Source of the DNA: Octopus sinensis
Taxonomy: Eukaryota
Assembly: GCF_006345805.1 (NCBI RefSeq)
Contig: NC_043000.1
Coordinates: 147,684,001 to 147,748,000 of the forward strand
Length of the DNA: 64,000 nucleotides
Reading direction: 5' to 3'
Position 1 is the stretch's first letter; every line of letters begins with the position of its first letter. The translations under genes and the position numbers were made by a program. Below the pieces are notes generated by a model. That model searched no databases. It worked only from the letters and a program-made list of their open reading frames with translations, and was not told the DNA's origin. Below, piece by piece: positions 25,511 through 38,244 of this stretch.

Positions 25511-27220
25511 TTTTTCTAAATTAGTCTTTCAGGTTGCTATTGAGAATGTCCCTTCAGATGTAAGCTAACACCTTCGGAATATGTTGCTGAGCACAGTATT
25601 CTTCAAAGTAGCCTATTTTAGAAACAGTTATGGGAGGTAATAATTATTTTAAACTAGTTTGCTTGAAACAAGCTGTGTAATATGCCTACATTACATAGTT
25701 TTATTAGGGAGTATAAACTGAAAATCTTTTAAATATAGGCACAGGAGTGGCTGTGTGGTAAGTAGCTTGCTAACCAACCACATGGTTCCGGGTTCAGTCC
25801 CACTGCGTGGCATCTTGGGCAAGTGTCTTCTGCTATAGCCCCGGGCTGACCAATGCCTTGTGAGTGGATTTGGTAGACAGAAACTGAAAGAAGCCTGTCG
25901 TATATGTATATATATATGTATGTGTGTGTTTGTCCCCCTAGCATTGCTTGACAACCGATGCTGGTGTGTTTACGTCCCCATTACTTAGCGGTTCGACAAA
26001 AGAGACCGATAGAATAAGTACTGGGCTTACAAAGAATAAGTCCCGGGGTCGATTTGCTCGACTAAAGGCGGTGCTCCAGCATGGCCACAGTCAAATGACT
26101 GAAACAAGTAAAAGAGTAATAGAGAGAGTAAAGAGTAAAGGGGTGCTGAAACGTTCCTGGCTTTGAGTAAAAGAAAATACAGGAGGATCAGCTAATTATG
26201 ATTTTATTCAACATATTAACCTCTCAGATTTACACACTTATTGCAGTGGTCCTTCAGTTTTTCTAAATCCTGTAGAAGAACTTGGAAGTTTGGGCCTTTT
26301 GCAATACCTTTAAAGCCAAGAACTTTTCAGCACCCACTGGTATGCGTAGTATGGTATTATTTGGTCATAAACATTATCAACTCCTCCATGTATATATTGA
26401 AACTGCATACCATAACAATAAGACAAATAACAAAAAGCATTATTAGTATCCAAAAAACCCTGTGAAATATTGTATTTCCTAATACTCACCACCAACCAAA
26501 TAATATGTGCAAACTTTATTACCATGAAATACAGTGTTATCAAACTCATTTCCTATTCATGCCATGTATATATATATTCATTTACCTAACATTTGATTGT
26601 CAGCTCTTCAAAAGCATTTAAACCAGCCATACCCAGCCCAAATAATCTACTTGTTTTATGTTCAAGTTGGTTAGACCCATCCTCTCAAACATACTGTAAA
26701 ATGTTATTCTAAAAATATGCAATCACTGGCACGTAAAAAGCACCATCCGACCATGGTCGTTTGCCAGCCCCGTCTGGCACCTGTGCCGGTGGCACATAAA
26801 AGGCACCCACTACACTCACGGAGTGGTTGGCATTAGGAAGGGCATCCAGCCGTAGAAACATTGCCAGATCAGACTGGGCCTGGTGCAGCCTTCTGGCTTC
26901 CCAGACCCCAGTTGAACTGTCCAACCCATGCTAGCATGGAAAGCGGATGTTAAATGATGATGATGATCATCATCATTCAAATCTTGAAGCTACAGGATAA
27001 TGCATAGTTAATTCAAAACAATGCCAATAAACCATTATCTCATCATCTTTCAACATTCAATTTCTATAGTGGCAAGCCTGAGTTACACTAGGTTCCATTT
27101 GTCTGTTTTGGCATGGTTCTATGGCTCGATACGCTTCCTAATGCCAGTCACTTTACAGAATGTACTGGGTGCTTTTACATGGCACCAGCATAGATGCTTT
27201 TAATGTGAAACCATTTTAAT

Positions 27221-28233
27221 GCAGAACCAGCACAACTGCTTTAAATGTGAAACCAGCATAGGCTCTTTTAATGTAGAACCAGCTTAAATGCTTTTAATGT
27301 GGAACCAGCAGAGATGCTTTTCAATTGGAACCAGTACAGATACTTTTAATGTGGAACCAGCACAGGTGCTTTTCAATTGGAACCAGCATAGGTGCTTTTA
27401 ATGTGGAACCAGCACAGGTGCTTTTAATGTGGAACCAGCACAGGTGCTTTTAATGTGGAACCAGCAGAGATGCTTTTCAATTGGAACCAGCACAGGTGCT
27501 TTTAATGTGGAACCAGCACAGGTGCTTTTAATGTGGAACCAGCAGAGATGCTTTTCAATTGGAACCAGCATAGGTGCTTTTAATGTGGAACCAGCACATA
27601 TGCTTTTCAATTGGAACCAGCATAGGTGCTTTTAATATGGAACCAGCACAGATGCTTTTAATGTAGAACCAGCAGAGATGCTTTTCAATTGGAACCAGTA
27701 CAGATACTTTTAATGTGGAACCAGCACATATGCTTTTCAATTGGAACCAGCATAGGTGCTTTTAATGTGGAACCAGCAGAGATGCTTTTCAATTGGAACC
27801 AGCATAGGTGCTTTTAATGTGGAACCAGCAGAGATGCTTTTCAATTAGAACCAGCATAGGTGCTTTTAATGTGGAACCAGCACATATGCTTTTCAATTGG
27901 AACCAGTACAGATACTTTTAATGTGGAACCAGCACATATGCTTTTCAATTGGAACCAGCATAGGTGCTTTTAATATGGAACCAGCACAGATGCTTTTAAT
28001 GTAGAACCAGCAGAGATGCTTTTCAATTGGAACCAGTACAGATACTTTTAATGTGGAACCAGCACATATGCTTTTCAATTGGAACCAGCATAGGTGCTTT
28101 TAATGTGGAACCAGCACAGGTGCTTTTCAATTGGAACTAGTACAGATGCTTTTAATGTGGAACGAGCACAGATGCTTTTCAATTGGAACCAGCACAGATG
28201 CTTTTAATGTGGAACCAGCACAGGTGCTTTTTG
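27221..28233. repeat. 26-bp minisatellite (~38-39 units, tgcttttaatgtggaaccagcacagg / tgcttttcaattggaaccagcatagg) in the HIGD1A intron
   Basis: Direct inspection; flanked on both sides by antisense RTE-tail sequence. Confidence 0.95.
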
Positions 28234-28541
28234 CATGGCACCATGTATCTTGCAAGATAAAGACCTCCTGGCTGAGAGAGGGAAACCACAGTTTTACTTA
28301 GCTCTGTGTCTTCCCAAGCACAGCAAATCACCAGAGATCTCAACCTCTTGTCATCCCCTCTGTGAGGCTCAATATCTGAAGATCATTTCTCACTACTTTG
28401 TCCCATGTATTACATTTGACAGAGTAATCTGAATGCTTAAGTAATATTAGCCCTATAACTTTATGAGGGCCATATCAGGCTGTGTGTGGAGCTGTATGTA
28501 TCTGAGTCTTAATATAAAATACAAAATAAATAACAACTAAC

Positions 28542-28638
28542 CAACAGGCATAAATGGAGCCTCTCTTATCTTCCGCAATAACTTGGACTCATTATCTTCT
28601 TCAAATGTTGGAATTTCTTTATTATTTCCTGCCATCAT
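28542..28638 (-). CDS. HIGD1A: HIG1 domain family member 1A-like, coding exon 1 (MMAGNNKEIPTFEEDNESKLLRKIREAPFMPV+G)
   Basis: Acceptor ttttctgttgcag immediately before ATGATG; donor G|GTTAGT; 97 nt (phase 1). SKLLRKIREAPFMPVGIAG matches the HIG_1_N motif (human HIGD1A SKLIRKAKEAPFVPVGIAG). Confidence 0.93.
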
Positions 28639-29806
28639 CTGCAACAGAAAAATTAAAATTTTACAGAGAATTGAAGAAACCAAATAGTGGAAAAAATATT
28701 TAATTACCTGTCTATGCAGGTATAGACTGGATGGGAATCATGGTGAGAGTCAGTTCTTATTGGGGTTAACTCTTGCTCTTGTATGTTTCCTATTTGCCAT
28801 AGTTTCTATAGCTGGATACTCTTCCTATCACCAAACTTTTACAGAGTGTATTGAGTATGTTTTATTATGGCATCAGCACTAGATAAGGTGTTATGTCCTC
28901 AACTAGACTGAAATGCTGCCTCAACCCGGTCTTGTCTCTGTTCATTTTCAACTTAACAAAAATGTACAGGGTATATTTTACTGTACACTAGAACTAAAGA
29001 GGTTGTCTCCCACCCATGTGGGAAAGGGTCCTTACTGCTCTATGTTGCCTCTGTTCATTCAAGGCAATCTGACCAAAAGGTGATGAAGTATGATAGGAGA
29101 AACAGAGGAATAGGTGTGAGAGGGTAGTAAAGAGAAAGAGACAGAGATAGGCAGTTACATCTTGGCAAAGATATTGAATATAAACATATCATGAGTGGTG
29201 TGATGGGGAGAAGAGGGACAGAATAATGGAAGTGAAAGTGTGATGGGAGACAGAGAGGTTGATTGATGTCTGTTAGCAGTGATGGATAGCAATAAAGAAG
29301 GGCAGTAGTGAGAAAGGGAGGAAGAGTGCTGGACTGCAATAAAGACACACACACAAAGATATAGATATTTGCCCTGCTGGACAAAATGCATGTTTATTCA
29401 CAACTTATTCATATGCATGGTGTTTCAGCACTTTAGTTAATTAATATGTGTTACTAACAAATGTTTTGGTATGTAAATGAGCAAAAGCAATGCCTACACC
29501 TTGCTCTCTCTCTCTCTCTCTCCATTATATAAAATTCGTTGTCTGTCTGTGTGTCTTCTAGGATCTCGGGCATCCTCCATCCGATTGCACTCAAATTTGA
29601 TATGTCGATACCGATGGAATCAGGGCATATATAAGTCTTGAAAAAATTACAAAAATCGATTCCAGGTGAGAATGCGAAACAGAAATAGTGTACACTTTAC
29701 ATTGATTTTGAAGATGCATCAATTAGAGAAATAATGTGTGAAAAATTATAGAAGTAAAGCAAGATAAGTGTCAAAGAGTAATAAAACCATATGAAAATTT
29801 GTGTAC

Positions 29807-30706
29807 AGAGTAATCTCTCAACTATCACAGGTGTTATGTACCAAAACCTCCTGCGATAGACAGAAATCCACGAAGTAGAAACAGTACTGTACTGTGTATA
29901 TATTTTTAATTATTTTTATAATTTGTATAAATTTGTTTTATTATAAATGCAAAACAACACCACACACTCACCTCCTGAGTTTCATTTTCCATACAGTATG
30001 TGCGATTCTTTGTTTACTCATTTATGGTAAACTAAGCATTTTCTTTTAATATATTTTAATATATGTTGGGGCAAGTGAAATCGAAATCGAAATCGGAATC
30101 GAAATTGAACCAATCCTATGACTGGCACCCGACAGATGCCAGGACCCCTGGACTGGTGGTACGTAAAAAGCACCATCCGAATCGTGGCCGATGCCAGCGC
30201 CGCCTCGACTGGCTTCTGTGCCGGTGGCACGTAAAATGCACCAATCCGACCGTGGCCGTTGCCAGCCTCACCTGGCACCTGTGCGGGTGGCACGTAAAAA
30301 GCACCCACTACACTCATGGAGTGGTTGGCGTTAGGAAGGGCATCCAGCTGTAGAAACATTGCCAGATAAGACTGGAGCCTGGTGCAGCCTTCTGGCTTCC
30401 CAGATCCCCGGTCGAACCATCCAACCCATGCCAGCATGGAGAACGGACGTTAAACGATGATGGTGATGATATTTTAATTAATGTGTTATACTGTGCAGTA
30501 CCGTACTCTATTTTTATTTATTAATTTTTAGGCGTAAAAATTTTACCACAGAAATGATTAAAATCTAAAAAAATCTAAATATTTATCAGTTGCAGAAACT
30601 CGCGATATACTGAGGAGTCCACGATATAAATTTACATAAATTAGTCAAAAAACTTCACGATGTACTGAGTGCACGATAGGTGAACCGCAATATGGTGAGG
30701 GATTAC
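29807..30706. mobile_element. Possible Tigger/pogo-like MITE split by an RTE tail (30065-30470)
   Basis: Left agtaatctctcaactatc vs right gcaatatggtgagggattac resemble degenerate CAGTAATCCCTC TIRs. Confidence 0.4.
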
Positions 30707-32477
30707 AATAAGATAATAAGTGTGTACAGGATATTAAAAATTATACAAAAAGAATCATGATATAATAAGTATAGATAGAATAGAAAACTAGTTTTACCAT
30801 GTAATTTAGTTGATGTGTCAGTTTAGTCAAAAAGTTTTTAAAAGTAAAAACATTGGATTTGTATTTAAGATTTTTAAAGAGCAAGAAAAGAGTACGTACT
30901 AATTCTAATATTTAGAAGGAGGGGTTTGTTTTCAGTGATCCCAGTACTTGATGAGTAATTTATTTTTCTGACCCCGAAAAGATGAAAGGCAAAGTCAACC
31001 TTGGCTGCATTTGAACTCAGAACATTCAGTCAAGAAATGCTACTAAGCAGTTTGTCTGGCATGGTAATGATTCTGCCAGCTTGTTGTCTTATGGTTGAAA
31101 ATAATTAAGTTAAAATATATAAGGCGGCGAGCTGGCAGAAACGTTAGCACGCCGGGCGAAATGCTTAGCCGTATTTCGTCTGCCGTTACGCTCCGAGTTC
31201 ATATTCCACCGAGGTCGACTTTGCCTTTCATCCTTTTGGGGTCGATAAATTTAGTACCAGATACACACTGGAGTCGATGTAATCGACTTAATCTGTTTGT
31301 CTGTCCTTGTTTGTCCCCTCTGTGTTTAGCCCCCTGTTGGTAGTAAAGAAATATATATATGTTATGGTATTATAGAACATTTTATTTTATCAGACATAAT
31401 AATAGGTAAGTTAGTGTTAAAATAATTTTAAGAACGAAGCAGTACTTTTTGAACTGGTGCTTGCAAAGGTATGTCACAAAGAAGTTTCCTTTGCAAGTAT
31501 GTGGTATTAAGGTTCAATCCCACCATATGGAATCTTGGGCAAGTGTCTTCTATCATAACCTTGGGTTAACTAACGATTTATGAGTGAAATTTGGTAAACA
31601 GAAATGATGTGGAAGTCAGACAAATAAACTTAATCCATTACCTGGTTTAATGTCACCTGCTGGTGGCCCTTGAGTACATTGAGTGAAGTCTAATATGTTG
31701 CAAGTATTTAGACTAAGTCTCTGGTTTGAGGGTAAGCCCTTCCCTACTGTCACCCACCCTATTTGTTGAATTAATGATAAAAAAATCACTGAGTAAATAT
31801 GAAAGATAGTACATTGATTGGCATAGGATTATGTAGAAATTAAATAAATCAGAGATGACATAAGCATGAGAAAAAAACTCCCAACATTTAAGTTAGTATT
31901 AACATATTCAATGTATGTTAACATATCTAATGTTAGTATTAATATATTTGATGTAATGTTAATGTAAGTTTATTATCAGCCTATTTAATATATGAAGCAA
32001 TGAAAAGATAGCAGGAAATAAATAAGCAGAGAGAAGACTGGCATCCGGTGCTAAGAGGACCATACGAGTGAGATCGTTGCCAGAGCAACAAGCTGGCCTT
32101 CGTGCCGATGGCATGTTAAACACACAATTTGAGCGTGATCGTTACCGCGTTGCCTTACTAGCACTTGTGCTGGTGGCACGTGAAACATTCGAGCGAGGTC
32201 GTCGCCGGTGCCACTGGACTGGCTCCTGTGCAGGTGGCACATAAAAAGCACCATTTGGGCATGGCCGTTGCCAGTACCACCAAACTGGCCCTCGTGCTGG
32301 TGGCACATAAAAGCACCCACTACACTCTTGGAGTGGTTTGGCGTTACGAAGGGCATCCAGCTGTAGAAACTCTGCCAGATCAGATTGGAGTCTGGTTCGC
32401 CAGACCTCAGTCAAATCGTCCAATCCATGCTAGCATGGAAAGCGGACATTAAATGATGATGATGATGATGATGATGA

Positions 32478-33090
32478 AAAAGTAAAAGGCAGATTGTATG
32501 ATGCCTGTGTACGTACAGCTATGCTACATGGCAGTGAAACATGGGCCGTACTGCAGACAACAAGTGAAGGCTTGAAAGAAATGAAGCCAGCATGTGTTGC
32601 TGGATATGCAATTTTAGTGTGCAAGTACAACAGGGTGTCAGTGTTTTAAGAGGAAAATTGGGTATAAGAGGCATCAGATGTAGTGTGCAAGAGAGAAGGC
32701 TGTGCTGGTGTGGTCATGTGATGCATATAGATGAGGACAGCTGCCTACTCGCAATACCAGAAGGCGCACACTCTCCTACCCTGATGTAATCTCCAGGGAT
32801 ACAGGCATCCAGCAACAGGACCTCCGTAATGCCATGATGGACCGTGAAGTCTGGCATAGCATGGTAAATTCCATTGTCTCGACCATGGTCGAACAATGAT
32901 GATGATGACAGCTGCCTAAGTATGTGCGAATCTCTAATTGTGGAGGAAACCTGTGGAAGAGGTAGACCCAGGAAAATATGGGACACAGTGATGACAAATG
33001 ATCTTCAGATGTTAAGCCTCACAAAGGATATAGCAAGGGACTGAGACTTCTGGCAATTTGTTGTGTTTGAGAAGACACGGCAAGCTAAGC
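32478..33090 (+). mobile_element. RTE RT C-terminal fragment containing a 159-bp insertion (32748-32906) with 12-bp TSD GACAGCTGCCTA
   Basis: VKGRLYDACVRTAMLHGSETW frame; TSD at 32736-32747 and 32907-32918; the insert ends in (GAT)n. Confidence 0.8.
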
Positions 33091-34356
33091 AAAACCATGG
33101 TAGGCCATGCTCCACTCTTACACATACCATATGTCCTCTGTCAAAACTACCCCACAACTCATCTTCCCAACACTTCCTTCATTCCATCACCCATAATCAC
33201 TATCCACTGCAGGCTCTTCCTCTCTTCCTCATATGCCTATCCACACATTCTCCATACCCTCACATATCTACCATGACCCCTACCAGCCACTCCAGTCTCT
33301 CTCACCGTCATTTCCAGTCTGTCCCCTTCTGTACCACTTATACTCCCCTCCACCCCAACACCCGAGGGTAGGTCCTGATGCTTCTCCAACTTATCTATTT
33401 TTCTCTCTCTCTTACTCTGACTGTCTCTCTATCCTTCTCTCTTACTCTCTCTCTCTCCTTCCTCTTCTCTCTTTTCCTACTGAGGTAAGCCAAGTATCTC
33501 GACAGTAAGATACCAATCTCTATCTTACTATTATACTCTAACCTCTCACCTGGCACAAAGCCACTTCCCCCAATTCCACTCCCTTTCCTAGCTGAGAGGT
33601 TTTTGTCTCACAAGTTACTTGGTCCCATTCGTGTCAATGCCATGTAAAAAGCCCCGAGTACACTCTGTAAAGTGTTTGACATTCGGAAGGGCATCCAGCT
33701 GTAGAAACTATTCCAAAGTAGAAAATGGGGCTGGTGCAGCTTTCTGGCTTGCTAGCTCCTGTCAAACTGTCCAATCCAAGCCAGCATGAAAGACGGATGT
33801 TAAATGATGACGATGATGATGGTACACACACATATATATTAATGCGCATGCACGCACACACGCACATGGATGGGCTTCCACACTTCTGTCTACCAAATTC
33901 ACTTACAAGGCCATAGTAGAAGTCACTTGCCCAAGATGCCATATGGTGGGACTGAACCCAAAACCACATAGTTGCAAAGCAAACTTCAAAACTACACAGC
34001 TATGCCATTCTTTTTTCTTCTATAGCAGAGAGTGTCTCTGAAATAGATAATATCTAGACATAACGCCACTTGGAGAGATGTGCTCTGTAGTTCTTTACTC
34101 TGTTTAAACCATCACAACCAAGACTATGCACCTACAAATGTGTTTTATATATATAACGAAACACTAAAGTATCTAATTTATATTTGAAGTATCAGAATGG
34201 GAAAATATGGAATATATAGGAAACATGCTGGTATATGGCAGTGAAATACTGGCAGTTATTCAAATTAGCTATGAATAGAAATGGATAAATATAAGACAAG
34301 TTATGTAATATTACCATATTAGAAAAAGCAACTGGGAAGTTGTCAGTTTTGCCCCC

Positions 34357-35325
34357 AAATCACTCTGTATCAAGCAGACCTGTGATCAAAGGCATTTTAA
34401 ATCTGTCTTTTCCTGAGGCAAAGTGCACTCAGCACTATACTTTCAGTGCTTTTTTTGGGAGGTTTTTTTCCTAAGATAGTACAGTGGAATTTGAATGACT
34501 TGGTTGCCATTGGCTCAGAACTGGAGAGTAAATGGTATTAGCGTGATGTGGGAGTCACTGCGTTAGTACGTGCATAGCAATAGATAGGGATGATACTACA
34601 GGAATAAGAACTATGAGGACTTGATGATTGAAAGAGACCCACAATGGAAGTAAACTCGTAGATTCTTATGAAGAAAGGGGCTCAGATTTGAGCACATGGA
34701 GCCTGAGTGGATTTGAAACACTAAATGAGATAAGTCAATGAGGGAGCCTCATTGACCAGTTTGGAATAGCAGCTAAATATTTCTCATATCATGCTTTGCC
34801 ATATAAGAAAAAGAATGGTCACAATGTAGTCCTAGATACAGGAAGGGAAAAAAGGCTAGTCATGGCTGAAACTTTGTGTAAAGGTTTGCTTGATTGAAGC
34901 TGACCTGATGCTAAAACCATCAACCGTTTGATATGAGAAATATTTAGCTGCTATCCCAAACTGGTCAATGAGGCTCCCCCAGTGACTTATCTCAAATCTG
35001 AGCCTCTTCATAAGAATCTACGAGTTTACTTCCATTGTGGGTCTCTTTCACTCATCAAGTCCTCATAGTTCTTATTCCTGTAGTATCATCCCTATCTATT
35101 GCTATGCATGTACTAACGCAGTGACTCCCACATCATGCTAACACCATTTACTGTCCTATTCTGAGCCAATGGCAACCAAATCTCTCACAAATTCCACTGT
35201 ACTATCTTAGCCCCCCCCCCCCACAAAAAAAAAGCACTGAAAGTATAGTGCTGAGTGAACTTTGCCTCAGGAAAAGACACATTTAGAATGCCTTTGATCA
35301 CAGGTCTGCTTGATACAGAGTAATT
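34357..35325. repeat. Long inverted repeat: arms ~34357-34791 and 34929-35325, 137-bp spacer
   Basis: Exact reverse-complement runs, e.g. 55 nt catagcaatagatagggatgatactacaggaataagaactatgaggacttgatga and 32 nt ctgtatcaagcagacctgtgatcaaaggcatt. Confidence 0.95.
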
Positions 35326-37928
35326 TCAAGTCTGTACGATGTATGCCCGTAGCAACATGTAGACATTATGATGATAGTGATGATGACAAAGCTGATAAAA
35401 CTATATGCCAAATATTAGAATACATTGGAAGGAAAATAAACTACAAGATAACATTACATACACAGAACAACAAGCTACTGTACTTATATACTGTCTTAGG
35501 ATAAACAGCTATTTCTATTGCCATATCATTTAGTTTTGTATTTGACATTGTACAACAGTGTCATTATGATGTGGTTTGATATACATTTAAAGATGAAATT
35601 ATCTGTACCAATTATTCCAGGTCTCACTGTACACTGTAACGATTCTTTTGGCTGAAATGAGCACAGCCAGCAAGACAATTTCTTTGCTATGCAAGCAGCT
35701 TAGACTAAGTTCAAGGCTCTGGCTACTTCTGGCTGACAGACACAACATGTCAAAACACCAGTTTCCTAGAACGATGTGTACCAATGAGCCAAGCATGTTG
35801 AACACACTGTTTCTTTATTACCCACAAGGGGCTAAACATAGAGGGGACAAACAAGGACAGACAAACGGATTAAGTCGATTACATCGACCCCCACTGTGTA
35901 ACTGGTACTTAATTTATCGACCCCGAAAGGATGAAAGGCAAAGTCGACCTCGGCGGAATTTGAACTCAGAACGCAACGACAGAGTTCAAATTCCGCCGAG
36001 GTCAACTTTGCCTTTCATCCTTTCGGGGCCGCTAAATTAAGTACCAGTTATGCACTGGGGTCGATCTCCCATATCATATACATTACAGCAGCCAGCATAT
36101 TTTATATCTGTTTATTACCCACAAGGGGCTAAACATAGAGGGGACAAACAAGGACAGACAAACGGATTAAGTCGTTTACATCGACCCCCGCTGTGTAACT
36201 GGTACTTAATTTATCGACCCTGGAAGGATGAAAGGCAAAGACGACCTCGGCGGAATTTGAACTCAGAACATAACAGCAGACGAAATACGGCTACGCATTT
36301 CGCCCGGCGCGCTAACGTTTCTGCCAGCTCGCCTCAAAGTTCTCTTAGGTTATGTTGCCATATTATCAAGAAGGAATCCCTATATGTAAACAACAGCTTC
36401 AAATATATATTTCTTTATTGCCCACAAGGGGCTTAACATAGAGGGGACAAACAAGGACAGACAAACGGATTAAGTCGATTACATCGACCCCCACTGTGTA
36501 ACTGGTACTTAATTTATCGACCCCGAAGGATGAAAGGCAAAGTCGACCTCGGCGGAATTTGAACTCAGAACATAACGGCAGACGAAATACGGCTACGCAT
36601 TTTGCCCGGCATGCTAATGATTCTGCCAGCTCATCTGAAATGCCTGGACATGATAAGAATAAATATGTGTATGGTCATTCCAGGTTTCAGTGTACATGGC
36701 AGGAAAAGCGATTTTTTATCCGTACTCTAAGTCATAGAAGGCAACCCATGAGAATGCCTCTAGCTAGTTGCACAACTGGCTAGAAATCACATCCAAATTC
36801 TCTTATAGCCATACCTTACCTTCTTTTAGATAAAAAAGAAAGACATATCGAATAATTTAGTCCTAGATAGGCGCAGGAGTGGCTGTGTGGTAAGTAGCTT
36901 GCTAACCAACCACATGGTTCCGGGTTCAGTCCCACTGCGTGGCATCTTGGGCAAGTGTCTTCTGCTATAGCCCCGGGCCGACCAAAGCCTTGTGAGTGGA
37001 TTTGGTAGACGGAAACTGAAAGAAGCCTGTCGTATATATGTATGTGTTTGTGTGTCTGTGTTTGTCCCCCTAGTATTGCTTGACAACCGATGCTGGTGTG
37101 TTTACGTCCCCGTCACATAGCGGTTCGGCAAAAGAGACCGATAGAATAAGTACTGGGCTTACAAAGAATAAGTACCGGGGTCGATTTGCTCGACTAAAGG
37201 CGGTGCTCCAGCATGGCCGCAGTCAAATGACTGAAACAAGTAAAAGAGTAAAAGAGTATAGATTATCTGAAACTGCTTGATCAGAGCTGACATGGAGTTA
37301 AACAACAACAACCATCATAGATAAAATACCAACATTGATCATTTCTAAATGTGCTGAATGACTCCAAGGACCAGAAAAGAATAAAAAGAATTTATAGAGA
37401 TTAAAACAGTCCATTCATCTATAATGTCTATAGTTTATATGATAAAAGATTTAGTGAAGGAACGGCTCTTTACATAACAAAACATTTAGTGAAGGAAAGA
37501 TAAGAGTGATGTTTATTCAAGTGAATATGTAAATATACAATTTAAATATTTAAATAAAATATCACATAATGTACAAAGTTTATATAAAAAACATATAGCG
37601 AGAGATAATGCTGCGCATATGAGCTAATAGTAGGTCAATTTTCAAAATGTTAAATCTTTTCTTAATGTTTTTCTTTAATTCCATAATACTCTTTATTCTT
37701 TTACTTGTTTCAGTCATTTGACTGTGGCCATGCTGGAGCACCGCCTTTAGTCAAGTAAATCGAATCTAGGACTTATTCTTTGTAAGCCTAGAACTTTTTC
37801 TATCGGTCTCTTTTTGCTGAACTGCTAAGTTACGGGGACGTAAACATACCAGCATTGGTTGTCGAGTGATGTTGGCGGGGGATGGGGGTGGAGGGACAAA
37901 CACAGACACACAAACACATACATATATA

Positions 37929-38165
37929 TATATAACGGGAAGCTTTATGAAAATAGACAAAAGACGAAGGCAGGTGGAATACAAACAAACAATTGTATTA
38001 GTATGGCGCTCAGGAAATATAAATAAAACAAGTCTTTAACGTTTCGAGCCTACGCTCTTCAACAGAAAGATACACAGAGAAAAAACACAGAAAGAAGGAG
38101 AGAAAAAAAATATGCGTGCAGAAGCTAGCGAATCAACATATACAAATTGAGATAGGGGTTGTAAA
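37929..38165 (-). mobile_element. Short non-coding Penelope-derived element, subfamily 1, with hammerhead-like motif at 38070-38033; second copy 41322-41520(-)
   Basis: TCTTT-CTGTTGA-A-GAGC-gtag-GCTC-GAAAC-GTT-AAAGA; 3' end cttcccgt runs into (TA)n. Confidence 0.65.
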
Positions 38166-38181
38166 TGCAACCCTCCATGGG

Positions 38182-38219
<38 letters not shown>

Positions 38220-38244
38220 GATCCCTTAAGCACCACCAGCTCAA

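Noticed and set aside
27398-28078. Repetitive ORFs (KSICAGSTLK...)
   Set aside because: Translation of the 26-bp minisatellite inside the HIGD1A intron.
35599-35805. DIRS-type tyrosine recombinase fragment (LLAVLISAKRI)
   Set aside because: Similarity is limited to a few residues; no other DIRS parts nearby.
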